Source of the DNA: a virus
Taxonomy: Duplodnaviria > Caudoviricetes
DNA: 60,805 bases
Strand: one strand, 5' to 3'
IMG/VR virus record: IMGVR_UViG_3300025087_000067
Coordinates: 1 to 60,805 of that record
Part shown: positions 18,529 through 29,042 of the stretch, in pieces
How the letters are laid out: each line of letters begins with the position of its first letter
How positions within the stretch are numbered: position 1 is the first letter of the stretch
Position numbers and translations under genes: made by a program
The notes under the pieces: model-generated
Database searches by the model: none
What the model saw: only the letters and a program-made list of their open reading frames with translations
What the model was told of the DNA's origin: nothing

Positions 18529-21500
18529 TGCCTATTCAAGCTTATAAAAACTGGATGCTCGATCCTGAGTACCAACAACTCTCGATCAAAGAGCAGCGTC
18601 GTATTCTCGAAAACTATTTTAACGGCAAAATAGTTGACGATGAGTTTCGCTCATTACCAGAAAACGAGCAGATAGCAATACGCAATAATTTTCTTAAAGA
18701 TCATTTTACACCAGACATTGAGAAGCGTCTTGGTATTGAAATACGCGAACCAATTAACACAAAGCCTAAAGACGCATCGGGACAAGGTGTTGTTGAAAAC
18801 CTTGCTGCTGGGTTCATGCAAGGCGTAAAAGCGCCTACCGCTAGTGTTGTCGGTTTGTTTGATCCTGAAGTTGGCGCTGAGATGCAGCGTGACATCCAGG
18901 AACAGCATCCGTCTGAAGGTGCGGCTGGATTTGTTGGGCAATCCTTGGGTAGTGTTGTTCCATCGGTTTTGGCTTTACCTGCCGGTCCTGCTGCTGCGGC
19001 GGCTGGCCTTGCCGGTTACTACGGTGCGAGTGGTGCTGGTGAAGAACGCATCAAGGCATCTGAGGCGCGTAAAGCCGGAGAGGATATTCCGACAGAGCAA
19101 GAGTTTAAGGCTGCTATTGGAAACGCTTTAATTCAGGGCGGTGGAGAAGCCGCCATGGGTGCGGCCTATGCTAAACTGTTTGGTGCCGGCGGAAAACTAA
19201 CTGGTAAGTTATTACCACGAACGGCGAAGGGTGCCGGTTTAGGTGCAGTGGTTGAGGGTGGGGAGGAATCTATACAACAGACTGCGCAGAATGTTTTAGA
19301 ACGCGAGACTGGCATTGATCCTGACCGTGGAGCGTTTGAAGACGTTCCAGAATCATTCCTGGGTGGTGCAATAGGCGGTGGTTTTCTGGGCGGTGCGGGT
19401 GGTGTCTTGACGCCACAACGCCAAGTTGAGGATGTGCAGCAGGATACTGCACAAGGTATGGAGTTTGCTCCAGTCGGCGTCACGGCAGAGGATATGCTAT
19501 CCGGCATGGAGAACGCGACGGACGCTGATTTGCAGCAGGCACTCGGTCGCGCCCATGAAGCACTCGGGCAAGACCAAGACAACCAGGAAAAGAGAAAAGC
19601 GTTCATTGCCATCAAGCGGGAGATCGAGCGGCGGAACCAGCCACCCCAGCCAGATGTGTTACGAAACCAAGCCAACGATCTTCGCGTGCAACTGGTTAAG
19701 GAACCGGACGAGCAGAAACGCGCCGGGCTACTGGATCAACTGACCAAGGTGGAACAGAAACTCCAGGCGTCCGGGGTGCAGCGCACGGGCATCGGGACTC
19801 CATTGCAGACGCCGGAGACGGTGAAACCAGATACTCGCCCGTCAGCGACCAGTGAACTGGATGTGTTGCGCCAGGAAAGCGAGCGTCTGAATACCGAACT
19901 GGAGGACAGCCACAAGCGCTCTCGCGGGCTGCAGGAAAAAATCGCCGGGACGACCAACGATCACACCAAGCGCATAATCCTGATCGAGCAGCTGGCGGCT
20001 GAGGTCCAGGAATATAAAAGTAAACTCGCACGCCAGGCCGGAATCGAGCTTCGTGCCGGGGAACTCCGTGCTGCCGCAGCACGCAAACAGCTTCCCGCGC
20101 CACCGGAACCAGCGTTGCAATCCGCAGTCGATCCGAATCTGATTACTCCCACTCGCGGCTCCATGGCCGAATCCCAGGTCGAGGCCGGGATGGTCGAAAA
20201 TCCCTTGGAGCGTGGCGGCGTCGAGGCCTCGACGGCCAGGGCCAGGCAACAGCGCACCGTGAGCCAGCCTTCAGCACCAGCCCTGGAAGCTATCGATCTC
20301 GCAACTGATTACGGTGTCCGGGCCGAGACGGAAGCCAAGATTAACTCAATGCCGCGCAAGGAACTGAACGCTCTGGCGAAGTCGTTGGGCGTTGATTCTA
20401 AAGGGAACGTCGGCGAGTTACGCCAGCGGTTACTCAAACGCGGCGTCGATCCGGCAGTCCTTGGAATTGACCGCGACGCAATCCGACAGAAGGTCGAGGA
20501 TGCGTTAAACAACCGCAAACCGCCTCCACCGCCCGCAGGACCCGCTGGCCCATCCGGCCCGGCTCCGACGAAGCCAAAGGGACCGGCACCGGTTAGTCCG
20601 AGTCCACAAGGCACGCTTAATGATGCAAAATCCGCATTAGAGCAATCCGATCTACAGCGTACAGGTATATCAAATATCAGCGGTTCAGAATACTTTGCAG
20701 TTGATCGTGATTATGCTGATAGGCCAGATTACCCAAGGTTACGTGTCTCAGATCATGCGACGACCGGACGAGGCCAATCTGCCGCTATTGAAGTTGGCGA
20801 CCATCAAGATGCCGATTTTGGATTAAACGAGATACCCCAGGCAATAGAGCGGTTAAAACAACTCCATGAACAATGGCGGGAGGAAAATGGATTCAATGAA
20901 GAGAAGGATGATGTAACAACGAATCATATTGAGGATGGAGAAACTCAGGGTACCAAGCGCGTATTAGTCAAGGATTCCGATGGCAAGGTTTTAGGTGAGC
21001 GCATCGTGGTAGTTAATGGCATTCCACTCAGTAAGCGTGATGCTCTGTATAAAAACGCACTACGAGAAATCAATCAGGAGATCAAATCTAAAACGCCAGT
21101 AACCCAGGAGACGATCAATGATACGCAAAACCAAGAGGGGGTACGTGGTGCAGTCCCGCGAGGGCAAGAACCTGGGAGGTCCGTACAAGACCAGGGACCA
21201 AGCCGAGAAGCGCCTGCGCCAAGTGGAGTACTTCAAGCACCGGGACAAGGGGAAGTAGGCGAAGGCACCGTTTCCCGTACGCCCGAGACGACGCAACGTA
21301 AACCTCGTGCGACCAAGCCGGGGAAGCCCCTGCACGACATGAAGTTTAGTACGTGGTTAGCCGACGCTCTTTACAGGATTACTGGCAAGAGAGGGTCCAA
21401 GATCGGTCTTCCGGCTCCTAATGTTCTTGGCAGCCACGAGTTTTGGGCGCACACAGATATCCTCGACCGATACAAACACAACGACGCAAACGCACGGAAT

Positions 21501-24500
21501 AGGCGTAAGGGCGAGTTGTTTATCTCCCCAGCCAGAATCAGGGAATTCACAGGACTGTCGCCATCCCAAGCCAAGCGTAACGGCGATGTTGACATCCAGC
21601 GTATCTATGATGAGTTTCGCGCCGACTTCCCCGGATTCTTCCCCAATGTCGAATCCGAACAAAATTATGGAACGGATTACGAACGGGAAGCCATTAAGGC
21701 GTTCATGGACATCCTGAAGTCCAGTGCTCCGACAATACTTGACGCCGCCAAACAAAATCGTGTTACTATCCTGGATGAATCCATGCTGGCCGATGAGTTG
21801 CTTGCGAAGCACCAGTCGGAAGAGGAAGCAGAGTTTGAAGCGTGGCTCGATGAACACCCCGAAGCGCGCAAGAGGATTGAAGATGAAAAAGCCAAGCGAT
21901 CGAGAGCTGAGAGTTTATCTGAGGAAGAAGCAGCTAAAGAAGGAGCTATTAACGAAGCTCTTGAAGCACTTCAATCAGAGGGGTATCCAGCCGACGCGAT
22001 CGACAGAGACACGGTAGAGATTCTCGTTGACTACGGATACACGACGGATGAAATATTTGAGTCCTTTGCGCGGGATCAAGGAGAACTCGATGCAAGTCTT
22101 AATCCCGATGAATTTGAGGACGCTTTCTCACAAGCCGTCGATGCCTTTCTCGAAGAAAAGGCAAGCCCGAAGCCCGTAAAACCACAGCAAGAAACGCCTG
22201 AGCATCTTGAGCCTCCCGATGCTAAGGGGAATCAACAAAGTACGTTTGTGGATTACGAGGAGGACGATAAGGGACTTCTCGGCGGGCTCTTCTCCCGCAC
22301 CAAGCCCGTGGCCGCTGAAACGATCCTCCAGGAAGCCAAGGATACGCTGGGCACGACGGAGAAACTGACCGAAGCCGGATTTGTGCTGCCTGACGGGACG
22401 CTGATTGTTGTGCCCCAGCGGGGCGGTAAAAAATCGTGGTACACCGCAGGGCATAAATGGATTGCCAGTTTGATACCGAGTCTTCAGGACCGCGTATCGG
22501 CACTCACCGACTTCATGGAAGCCGGGGCTATTCGTATCGACTATCAGCCCGGCGGCGGGAGTACGATCGAGATCAGGGGCGTGCCGACCGCCAAGCAACA
22601 AGCGGTTCTGACGCGCATGATCGAGGGCTCCAAGGGTGCCATCCCGGTTGATATGATCCGCACGCTCCCTGACGGGTCTCTGGATATGTATAGCGGCTGG
22701 TATACCGATTCCAAGACACTGGCTGCCGACGCCAAGAGTTTCGCATCCGGGCGCTTGAAGATGACCGGGAGTTTGATTCAGCAATTCCACCAGTCTGACG
22801 GGACGCACTGGGCCGGGCGGCGGAACAAAGTTCAGGGCATGGGTGTACTGAAGACTGCGCGTGCCGTTGCCCCGCTTGGTTACGAGCTGGAGGTTGTGAA
22901 AACGATTAACGATCTGCCTCCCAGGATGCGGAAGCGTGCTGCGAAACTATCGAGGGATGGCTTCAATATCGAGGGCGCTTACGATCCCGAGACTGGCGTA
23001 GCCTACTTGGTCGCTTCTAACATTTCGAGTGCCAAGCGTGCGGTGGAAGTGGCTCTGCACGAGAGCATTGGTCACGGTGGTTTGCGTGGGGCATTGCGTG
23101 GGAAACTGAATACATTTTTGTCGCGCATGGCGTTGAGTAAAGAGTATCGTGATAAGATCAAATCGCTGTCGAAGGAACTCAAGATTGACCGTCTGGAAGC
23201 GGCAGAGGAGTTTTTTGCCAAGAGCGTTGAAGACGGGACGATTGACCAGTCATGGTGGAGCAAGTTTGTAGGGGCTTTCCGTGCTGCACTGAGGGGTATC
23301 GGGATTGAGTTAGAGTTTACGTCTCAGGACCTGAAGCGTCTGGTCCGCATGGCTCACAAGGCGGCGCAGCTACGGGGGGATACTCGTACCAGTGGTGCGA
23401 GATTTAGCGCCACGAAGCCAGCGACGGAGTACGATCGTCTGTATAACGGCCTGCTGGAGGGTGGCGCGACGCCTGATGAAGCCGCACGCTGGGTTGAGGA
23501 GATGGGCGTTACCAAAGACACCCCGCTCAGCAAACCGGCAGAGGCGACGGAGACAACGGGATTTTCAATACCGGAACAAACGGCGTTACAAAAACTTGGG
23601 CAGACGTTTTGGAATAAGTTTAATCGCCTAGAGCAAATTCAAGACATCATTGGCAAGGTCGCAGAAGATCAAGATGCCGTGATGGCTAATGAGTTATTGC
23701 CTGGGCGTTCCGGCAATGAAATCCTCGACTTTAGCAAGAAAGTTATCGACCCGATTCTGAAGCGTCTCGCGCACGCTAAACTAACACTCGATGATCTAGG
23801 CGTATTTCTCTATGCCAAGCACGCCAAGGAACGCAACGAGCACATTGAACGTAAATGGGCTGATATTGAAAAGATTCCCAAGAAGTACCGTGAAATCATT
23901 GATGTCATACGGACTCAGGGTTCTGGTATGACCAATGAGGAAGCTCAGGCCATTCTTGACCTGTATAAAGATGACAAGGTTATACAGGAGTTAGCTAAAG
24001 AGGTTTGGGCCTACGAGCAAAAGAATAGGGATCGTCGTCTGGATGCCGGATTGTTGACGGAAGAAGAACACCATGTTTTGAGTACGATGTTCGATTTTTA
24101 CGTTCCGCTCAAGCGGGACAAAAACGGCAAGAGTCGTATGCGTACCGGAAAGGGATTGTCGGTTTCCGGTCCCGAGATCATTCAAGCGTGGGGGCGCACG
24201 ACACCGGCACAGAATCCATTCGTGCAATCAACGCTCGATACTGTTGAAGCCATTGTCCGGTCTGAGAAGAATCAGGCCATCGAATCGCTTGCAAAATTGA
24301 TCGAAGCGAATCCTAACGAAGATTTATGGACGATCCACGAGCAGAAGTATATCCCATATTACAATGAGGGTGGCGAGTTTCAGGGTACGCACCCATCGCA
24401 CATTATCAATGAGAATCAAGATGTTGAATTTAAGCGGAATGGCAAGCAGTTTATCATCAAAATTCACGACGAAGCGTTGGTACGTGCATACAAAAATCTT

Positions 24501-26156
24501 GGAGTGGACCAAGTCAAAAAGTGGATACAAGTTTTACAAAAGTATAATGGTTTATTACGTAAGTCAATCACGACCTGGAGCGTGCAGTTTGGGCTGACGA
24601 ACTTCGAGCGAGACTTTCAGACCGCGATGATTCACTTAGCCGGTGAGATCGACCCCAAGATTGCCAAGGCTGTCGCTAAAGATATTCGTAAAGCCATGCG
24701 TGGTGTATGGCGCAACGTTCGTGATAAATCCACACAGGATGAATGGTCTAAAGCTTATGACGAACTACGAAAACTTGGTGGTGTGACCGGATGGTTTGCT
24801 TACGATAACTTCGAGCAAAAGGTAAAGCGACTTGAAAACGAACTGAAACAATTTAACGAAAGTCCCACAAAGGCCATACCTCGAAAGCTATTAAAGCCGC
24901 TGGGGCAATTGCTTGAAGATTATAACCAGAGTATTGAAAATGCGGTTAGGTTATCGGCATACGTTCATCTGGTAAAAAATGGGTACAGCAAACAGAAAGC
25001 CGCGCAGTATGCAAAAAACGTCACAGTAAACTTTGATAAGAAGGGACTGGCAACCAACACCAGTGGAGCGCTGTATCTCTTTTCTAACGCTGCAATCGGT
25101 GGGGCAATGAGAAGCTTACTGTCTCTTGCAAAACACAAGGGGACCCGAAAGATTGTTGCGGGCATCACGGCCACGGCGTTCCTGTCTACTCTATTGAATC
25201 GCTTGGTTGATGACGATGACGAGTACGATAAGATCACTCCATATAACCGAGATATGAATCTTTTGATTCCTGTGCCTGGCTTGAAGAAGCATGTTGCTAT
25301 ACGGGCTTCATACGGCTACAACGTGTTTAATGCGCTTGGTAACGTCATGGCCGATATGCTGGTTGGTAAAGAAACTGTAATGGGTGGGGCAAAACGTGTT
25401 CTGCGGTCCGTGGATCAGGGATTTAATCCGCTGGGGGCCGGTAGTTTGATACAGACTGTTATTCCCACGATTGGCGACCCATGGGTCCAGATTTTAGAAA
25501 ACAAGAACTTTGCAGGCAACCCAATTTATAAGGAACAGCCTCCCTACCAACCCAAGGTTCCTGATAGCGAACTGTACTTCAAATCGGCCAGAACGCAGAC
25601 AGTCGCGCTAACCAAATGGCTCAACGCTGTCACTGGCGGAAGTGAGAAAGTCAGTAAATTTATTGACATCAATCCAGAGGTATTAGATCACTTGCTGGAT
25701 TCCTATACCGGTGGAGTCGGTAAACTTATGGGTGATACTGTCGATACGTTAGCTACCTTTGCGAAGATGGAGCTGCCCGAAGCGCATAAGGCTCCCATTC
25801 TGCAAGTCATGGTTAAAGGTCCATCGGCCTCGTTCGCACGTAGCCGGGCGCTGGATACGCTGGCGGAATCGGGCCGCACGATCTTCGGCGAGATCGACAC
25901 CCAGCGGTTCCGGGATGATATGAAGTATGCGTTTGAAAAGAAAATTATAACCGCCGAACAGTATTCCAATTACTTGAGGCGATTCACTAAAAACCAAGCT
26001 GAAGCGAAAGCCAGCCTGGGTAAAATCAAGAGCGAGCGCAAACAAGAACGTCCGGCACAGCCTGAGCGCACGGAGCGCCGGGACCGTCCCGAGCGTCCCA
26101 CGAGAAAGATCGGTCTCGGCATGAGGCCGCCCGTTACAATCGGATCGTTTGCATGA
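18528..26156 (+). CDS. large polyvalent virion/ejection protein (~2540 aa) with zincin-like and LPD38-like domains
   Basis: Gly/Ala-rich membrane segments with 'EGGEE'; 'ALHESIGHGGLR' metallopeptidase-like motif; C-terminal 'TNFERD...ENAVRL...TVNF...YLFSNA...NKNFAGNPI' LPD38-like region. Confidence 0.8.
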   Translation: MPIQAYKNWMLDPEYQQLSIKEQRRILENYFNGKIVDDEFRSLPENEQIAIRNNFLKDHFTPDIEKRLGIEIREPINTKPKDASGQGVVENLAAGFMQGVKAPTASVVGLFDPEVGAEMQRDIQEQHPSEGAAGFVGQSLGSVVPSVLALPAGPAAAAAGLAGYYGASGAGEERIKASEARKAGEDIPTEQEFKAAIGNALIQGGGEAAMGAAYAKLFGAGGKLTGKLLPRTAKGAGLGAVVEGGEESIQQTAQNVLERETGIDPDRGAFEDVPESFLGGAIGGGFLGGAGGVLTPQRQVEDVQQDTAQGMEFAPVGVTAEDMLSGMENATDADLQQALGRAHEALGQDQDNQEKRKAFIAIKREIERRNQPPQPDVLRNQANDLRVQLVKEPDEQKRAGLLDQLTKVEQKLQASGVQRTGIGTPLQTPETVKPDTRPSATSELDVLRQESERLNTELEDSHKRSRGLQEKIAGTTNDHTKRIILIEQLAAEVQEYKSKLARQAGIELRAGELRAAAARKQLPAPPEPALQSAVDPNLITPTRGSMAESQVEAGMVENPLERGGVEASTARARQQRTVSQPSAPALEAIDLATDYGVRAETEAKINSMPRKELNALAKSLGVDSKGNVGELRQRLLKRGVDPAVLGIDRDAIRQKVEDALNNRKPPPPPAGPAGPSGPAPTKPKGPAPVSPSPQGTLNDAKSALEQSDLQRTGISNISGSEYFAVDRDYADRPDYPRLRVSDHATTGRGQSAAIEVGDHQDADFGLNEIPQAIERLKQLHEQWREENGFNEEKDDVTTNHIEDGETQGTKRVLVKDSDGKVLGERIVVVNGIPLSKRDALYKNALREINQEIKSKTPVTQETINDTQNQEGVRGAVPRGQEPGRSVQDQGPSREAPAPSGVLQAPGQGEVGEGTVSRTPETTQRKPRATKPGKPLHDMKFSTWLADALYRITGKRGSKIGLPAPNVLGSHEFWAHTDILDRYKHNDANARNRRKGELFISPARIREFTGLSPSQAKRNGDVDIQRIYDEFRADFPGFFPNVESEQNYGTDYEREAIKAFMDILKSSAPTILDAAKQNRVTILDESMLADELLAKHQSEEEAEFEAWLDEHPEARKRIEDEKAKRSRAESLSEEEAAKEGAINEALEALQSEGYPADAIDRDTVEILVDYGYTTDEIFESFARDQGELDASLNPDEFEDAFSQAVDAFLEEKASPKPVKPQQETPEHLEPPDAKGNQQSTFVDYEEDDKGLLGGLFSRTKPVAAETILQEAKDTLGTTEKLTEAGFVLPDGTLIVVPQRGGKKSWYTAGHKWIASLIPSLQDRVSALTDFMEAGAIRIDYQPGGGSTIEIRGVPTAKQQAVLTRMIEGSKGAIPVDMIRTLPDGSLDMYSGWYTDSKTLAADAKSFASGRLKMTGSLIQQFHQSDGTHWAGRRNKVQGMGVLKTARAVAPLGYELEVVKTINDLPPRMRKRAAKLSRDGFNIEGAYDPETGVAYLVASNISSAKRAVEVALHESIGHGGLRGALRGKLNTFLSRMALSKEYRDKIKSLSKELKIDRLEAAEEFFAKSVEDGTIDQSWWSKFVGAFRAALRGIGIELEFTSQDLKRLVRMAHKAAQLRGDTRTSGARFSATKPATEYDRLYNGLLEGGATPDEAARWVEEMGVTKDTPLSKPAEATETTGFSIPEQTALQKLGQTFWNKFNRLEQIQDIIGKVAEDQDAVMANELLPGRSGNEILDFSKKVIDPILKRLAHAKLTLDDLGVFLYAKHAKERNEHIERKWADIEKIPKKYREIIDVIRTQGSGMTNEEAQAILDLYKDDKVIQELAKEVWAYEQKNRDRRLDAGLLTEEEHHVLSTMFDFYVPLKRDKNGKSRMRTGKGLSVSGPEIIQAWGRTTPAQNPFVQSTLDTVEAIVRSEKNQAIESLAKLIEANPNEDLWTIHEQKYIPYYNEGGEFQGTHPSHIINENQDVEFKRNGKQFIIKIHDEALVRAYKNLGVDQVKKWIQVLQKYNGLLRKSITTWSVQFGLTNFERDFQTAMIHLAGEIDPKIAKAVAKDIRKAMRGVWRNVRDKSTQDEWSKAYDELRKLGGVTGWFAYDNFEQKVKRLENELKQFNESPTKAIPRKLLKPLGQLLEDYNQSIENAVRLSAYVHLVKNGYSKQKAAQYAKNVTVNFDKKGLATNTSGALYLFSNAAIGGAMRSLLSLAKHKGTRKIVAGITATAFLSTLLNRLVDDDDEYDKITPYNRDMNLLIPVPGLKKHVAIRASYGYNVFNALGNVMADMLVGKETVMGGAKRVLRSVDQGFNPLGAGSLIQTVIPTIGDPWVQILENKNFAGNPIYKEQPPYQPKVPDSELYFKSARTQTVALTKWLNAVTGGSEKVSKFIDINPEVLDHLLDSYTGGVGKLMGDTVDTLATFAKMELPEAHKAPILQVMVKGPSASFARSRALDTLAESGRTIFGEIDTQRFRDDMKYAFEKKIITAEQYSNYLRRFTKNQAEAKASLGKIKSERKQERPAQPERTERRDRPERPTRKIGLGMRPPVTIGSFA
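21118..21258 (+). CDS. 46-aa basic protein nested in the +1 frame of the polyvalent gene
   Basis: AGGAG (21106-21110) then ATG; MIRKTKRGYVVQSREGKNLGGPYKTRDQAEKRLRQVEYFKHRDKGK*. Confidence 0.7.
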   Translation: MIRKTKRGYVVQSREGKNLGGPYKTRDQAEKRLRQVEYFKHRDKGK

Positions 26157-26162
26157 GAGGTC

Positions 26163-27482
26163 ATGATGGCTGATACCAATATCACCGCACGTTTTGTCCC
26201 GAATCCCGTCCCACAGTTCTTTGCCACTGACGGCACTCCAGCCGCGGGGTATAAACTGTACCATTTCAATACGGGGTTGACGACCGACAAAGATATTTGG
26301 ACCGAGGAAGTCGATACCAGCGATGAGGCTCACAAGCACGCGCAGCCGATTGTCCTGAACTCCCGTGGGGAGGTTCCGGGCGGCATGTTCGGGACCGGGA
26401 AATACACGTTCGTGCTCATCCCCCCCACTGGCCCAGCAGATGATGATTACAGCGACGCGATCTGGACGATCAACGATGTTGATGCCGTTACGATCCAGGA
26501 CTACGTCAGGGAGACGATCTTCGCCTGTGCGGACGCCGCTGCGGTTCGATCCGCTCTCGGCTTAAACGATGCCGCGCTTTTGGATGACGTGCAGGGCGAG
26601 GCTGGCAATGTCGTGGTCTACGATGAGAATGGGCGATACCCGGCAGAGGATGGGCGGAATATCGAGAATGTGGTCACGGTCGTTAGTGGTACTTGGACTC
26701 CGACGCCGCCTTTGCCACGATCCTATTTGGCGGGATTGAAGATCACGCGGGCGAGTGCTGTGTCTATTACCGTTGAGGTCGGGGTCTGCCGTGACGTCGA
26801 TGATGGCGCAAACATTGAAGTGACGACCCCGATCACGAAATTAACGAATGCCGTGTTTGCCGAGGGGAATAATGCGGGAGGAACATTGGGTGGGGCGGCA
26901 GGTGCGGATACCTGGTACCACGTGTTCCTGATTAAAAAGAGTTCCGACGGTACGGTCGATGTTGTTTTCTCCAGTAATGCGACACTTCCGACGCCACCAA
27001 CGGGATTCGACATCAAGCGCCGGATCGGCGCGTTCATGACCGACGCCACGCCAGAAGTGCTGGATTTCACACAACGCGGGGATTATTTTTGGTTTAATGC
27101 GATTCAGGAAGACGAATCCGCAAAAAGTGTTGGTACTAGCGACACGACAATCACGCTAGATTTTGTTCCAACAACCGTATTGTGTGATGCCATATTAAAT
27201 GTACTGCTAGATAAAACTGCGTCTGCTGATATATCTTTAATGGTGTTTCCAACCACGATGACTGCCGAGACGCCATCTGGAATTTCGACTACTGCACCTG
27301 ATGCCCATGTATCGCCTGGATTCACCTTTAGTTCGGATACAACTGGAGATCAGCCATGCGGAGGACAAATTATTATTCCATTAAATTCCAGTAAGCAATT
27401 TACTGTCCGTGCATCTGAAGCGAGTTGTTATTTTTATGTCTGGACACTCGGCTGGATCGACCGCCGGGGCCGGGACGATTGA
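26163..27482 (+). CDS. tail fibre / tailspike
   Basis: N-terminal 'PVPQFFATDGTP..GYKLY...PIVLNSRGE' attachment domain; 'DTWYHVFLI...RRIG' fibre domain. Confidence 0.85.
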   Translation: MMADTNITARFVPNPVPQFFATDGTPAAGYKLYHFNTGLTTDKDIWTEEVDTSDEAHKHAQPIVLNSRGEVPGGMFGTGKYTFVLIPPTGPADDDYSDAIWTINDVDAVTIQDYVRETIFACADAAAVRSALGLNDAALLDDVQGEAGNVVVYDENGRYPAEDGRNIENVVTVVSGTWTPTPPLPRSYLAGLKITRASAVSITVEVGVCRDVDDGANIEVTTPITKLTNAVFAEGNNAGGTLGGAAGADTWYHVFLIKKSSDGTVDVVFSSNATLPTPPTGFDIKRRIGAFMTDATPEVLDFTQRGDYFWFNAIQEDESAKSVGTSDTTITLDFVPTTVLCDAILNVLLDKTASADISLMVFPTTMTAETPSGISTTAPDAHVSPGFTFSSDTTGDQPCGGQIIIPLNSSKQFTVRASEASCYFYVWTLGWIDRRGRDD

Positions 27483-27494
27483 GGAATTATCAAA

Positions 27495-28310
27495 ATGAGA
27501 ATCTTCAATGCCTTACTGATCCTGCTTCTTACTACCGGACTGTCGTTCGCGCAGATCCTCAAGATTGATGACGCGACGACGGCTGAGGGGGTGGATGGGA
27601 CAGAAAACATCCCAATCTCGAAACTCCCGGCAGGCGGGAACAAGCGGGTGCCGCGTAAGATGACGCCCCAGCAGATTCTCGATGCGGGACTCGACGCCAC
27701 ATTCGGCGATCTCGATCTCCAGGATCTTACCGTTGCGGGGCTCCCGTATAACGCCACTTATTTTACCGAGTTAATCAATGGATCGACCACAACGCTTCAT
27801 GCTCACGATTTCAGGTCCCAGGTTGAGGCTGATGTTACTTCTTATGTCGATTCACTTAACTTGAGTTCTTTGTACGTCCAACGATGGTTAATACTTCCGG
27901 GAGTCTCTACCTTCACGGGGGTGCTGAACGACAGTACGCAGCGGATCAAATACGCCTGGCTTTCGATCTATGGCCGGGAATTCGATTACGACGATCTGTC
28001 AAAACCGCGAGCCTCTAACGACTCGGTCTTCCAGGCGCTGGGGCCGGGCAATGGTACGCATTTCGGGGTCCAGGTCTCGATGGATTACCCATGGTTGAGT
28101 ACCGACGCATCGACACGTCAAACCCTGGGGCAACCCGAGTATATTCTGGCTACCCTGATCTATGCGCTACAAGGTGCTGGTGAACCGGATTACGGGACGG
28201 TATTCTGGCTGTCGTCCCTATCGACAATCACGGTATCCGGTAGTACTATCGAGGTTGATAACATGCAGCCCTTTACATTCTGGAGCCAGGAAACGATGAG
28301 GTTGTACTGA
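27495..28310 (+). CDS. signal-peptide protein with a fibre-like N-terminal motif
   Basis: MRIFNALLILLLTTGLSFA|QILKIDDATTAEGVDGTENIPI. Confidence 0.65.
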   Translation: MRIFNALLILLLTTGLSFAQILKIDDATTAEGVDGTENIPISKLPAGGNKRVPRKMTPQQILDAGLDATFGDLDLQDLTVAGLPYNATYFTELINGSTTTLHAHDFRSQVEADVTSYVDSLNLSSLYVQRWLILPGVSTFTGVLNDSTQRIKYAWLSIYGREFDYDDLSKPRASNDSVFQALGPGNGTHFGVQVSMDYPWLSTDASTRQTLGQPEYILATLIYALQGAGEPDYGTVFWLSSLSTITVSGSTIEVDNMQPFTFWSQETMRLY

Positions 28311-28654
28311 TGAAAAATCCATTACTACGCATTTTATTCCAATATCTGCTCGTGCTCTGTGTATGGGACGTTCTCGCTGTCGCGGTTTTTGCCGACGAAC
28401 CCACGACCATCGTACGCCATCGCGGCAAGGCCGGACTGGCGGAGCGTGTTGAGTCGAAAGGCAAGAGCGCGAAGGAAAACACGGTGCGCGTCCGCTTTGG
28501 CAAGACTATCGGCGACGTGGTGATTCAGGAGCGAGTGGTGGTGAAGGGCGTGGATGTTTTCGAGTCCAAGCCGACGAAAGAACGAAAAGAAACGGCGAAA
28601 GAGCGACCGCAACCGGCGAGCGTTAAGCCTCTGAAAGCGAAGGTGCCAAAATGA
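28310..28654 (+). CDS. basic exported protein
   Basis: hydrophobic N-terminus ending VFA|DE; coupled to neighbours. Confidence 0.6.
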   Translation: MKNPLLRILFQYLLVLCVWDVLAVAVFADEPTTIVRHRGKAGLAERVESKGKSAKENTVRVRFGKTIGDVVIQERVVVKGVDVFESKPTKERKETAKERPQPASVKPLKAKVPK

Positions 28655-28869
28655 ATATCAATGGAGACCTTATATATATTCAGGACTCAGCCCAGCCCTT
28701 GTTGGATTCACCGTCTGAAACTCTCACCAACCTTACGAAGGGATTCAACCGGCGGGAAAGGCGGCTGTCCGAGCGAGGGCGTGAAATTATATCAGACTGC
28801 AAGGGTTCTACTGAGTTTGCACCAAGACCAAGTAGACCGCGATGCAGGAAAGCGAAGGTGGGGCGATGA
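28651..28869 (+). CDS. hypothetical protein
   Basis: ATGA-coupled on both sides. Confidence 0.45.
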   Translation: MNINGDLIYIQDSAQPLLDSPSETLTNLTKGFNRRERRLSERGREIISDCKGSTEFAPRPSRPRCRKAKVGR

Positions 28870-29042
28870 AACCAATAGCAACATTAATTATCCACGGACT
28901 TCCTGAGATGAAGAAGTCCGAACTAAAACGTTTACTGATTTGGCTTTCTACGCAAGCTGAAGCAGTTGTATCGAACCCAAAGGAGTATAACAGGCGCTAT
29001 ACGGCGCAGTTGCACCACAGTAAAGCGCAGGTGAGCCGATGA
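28866..29042 (+). CDS. small hypothetical protein, paralogue of 2410..2598
   Basis: MKPIATLIIHGLPEMKKSELKRLLIWLSTQ...RRYTAQL. Confidence 0.65.
   Translation: MKPIATLIIHGLPEMKKSELKRLLIWLSTQAEAVVSNPKEYNRRYTAQLHHSKAQVSR

Noticed and set aside
22092-22181. Second nested ORF in the polyvalent gene (AAGGAG then MQVLIPMNL..., 29 aa)
   Set aside because: Short, no recognisable pattern, and the host frame looks constrained
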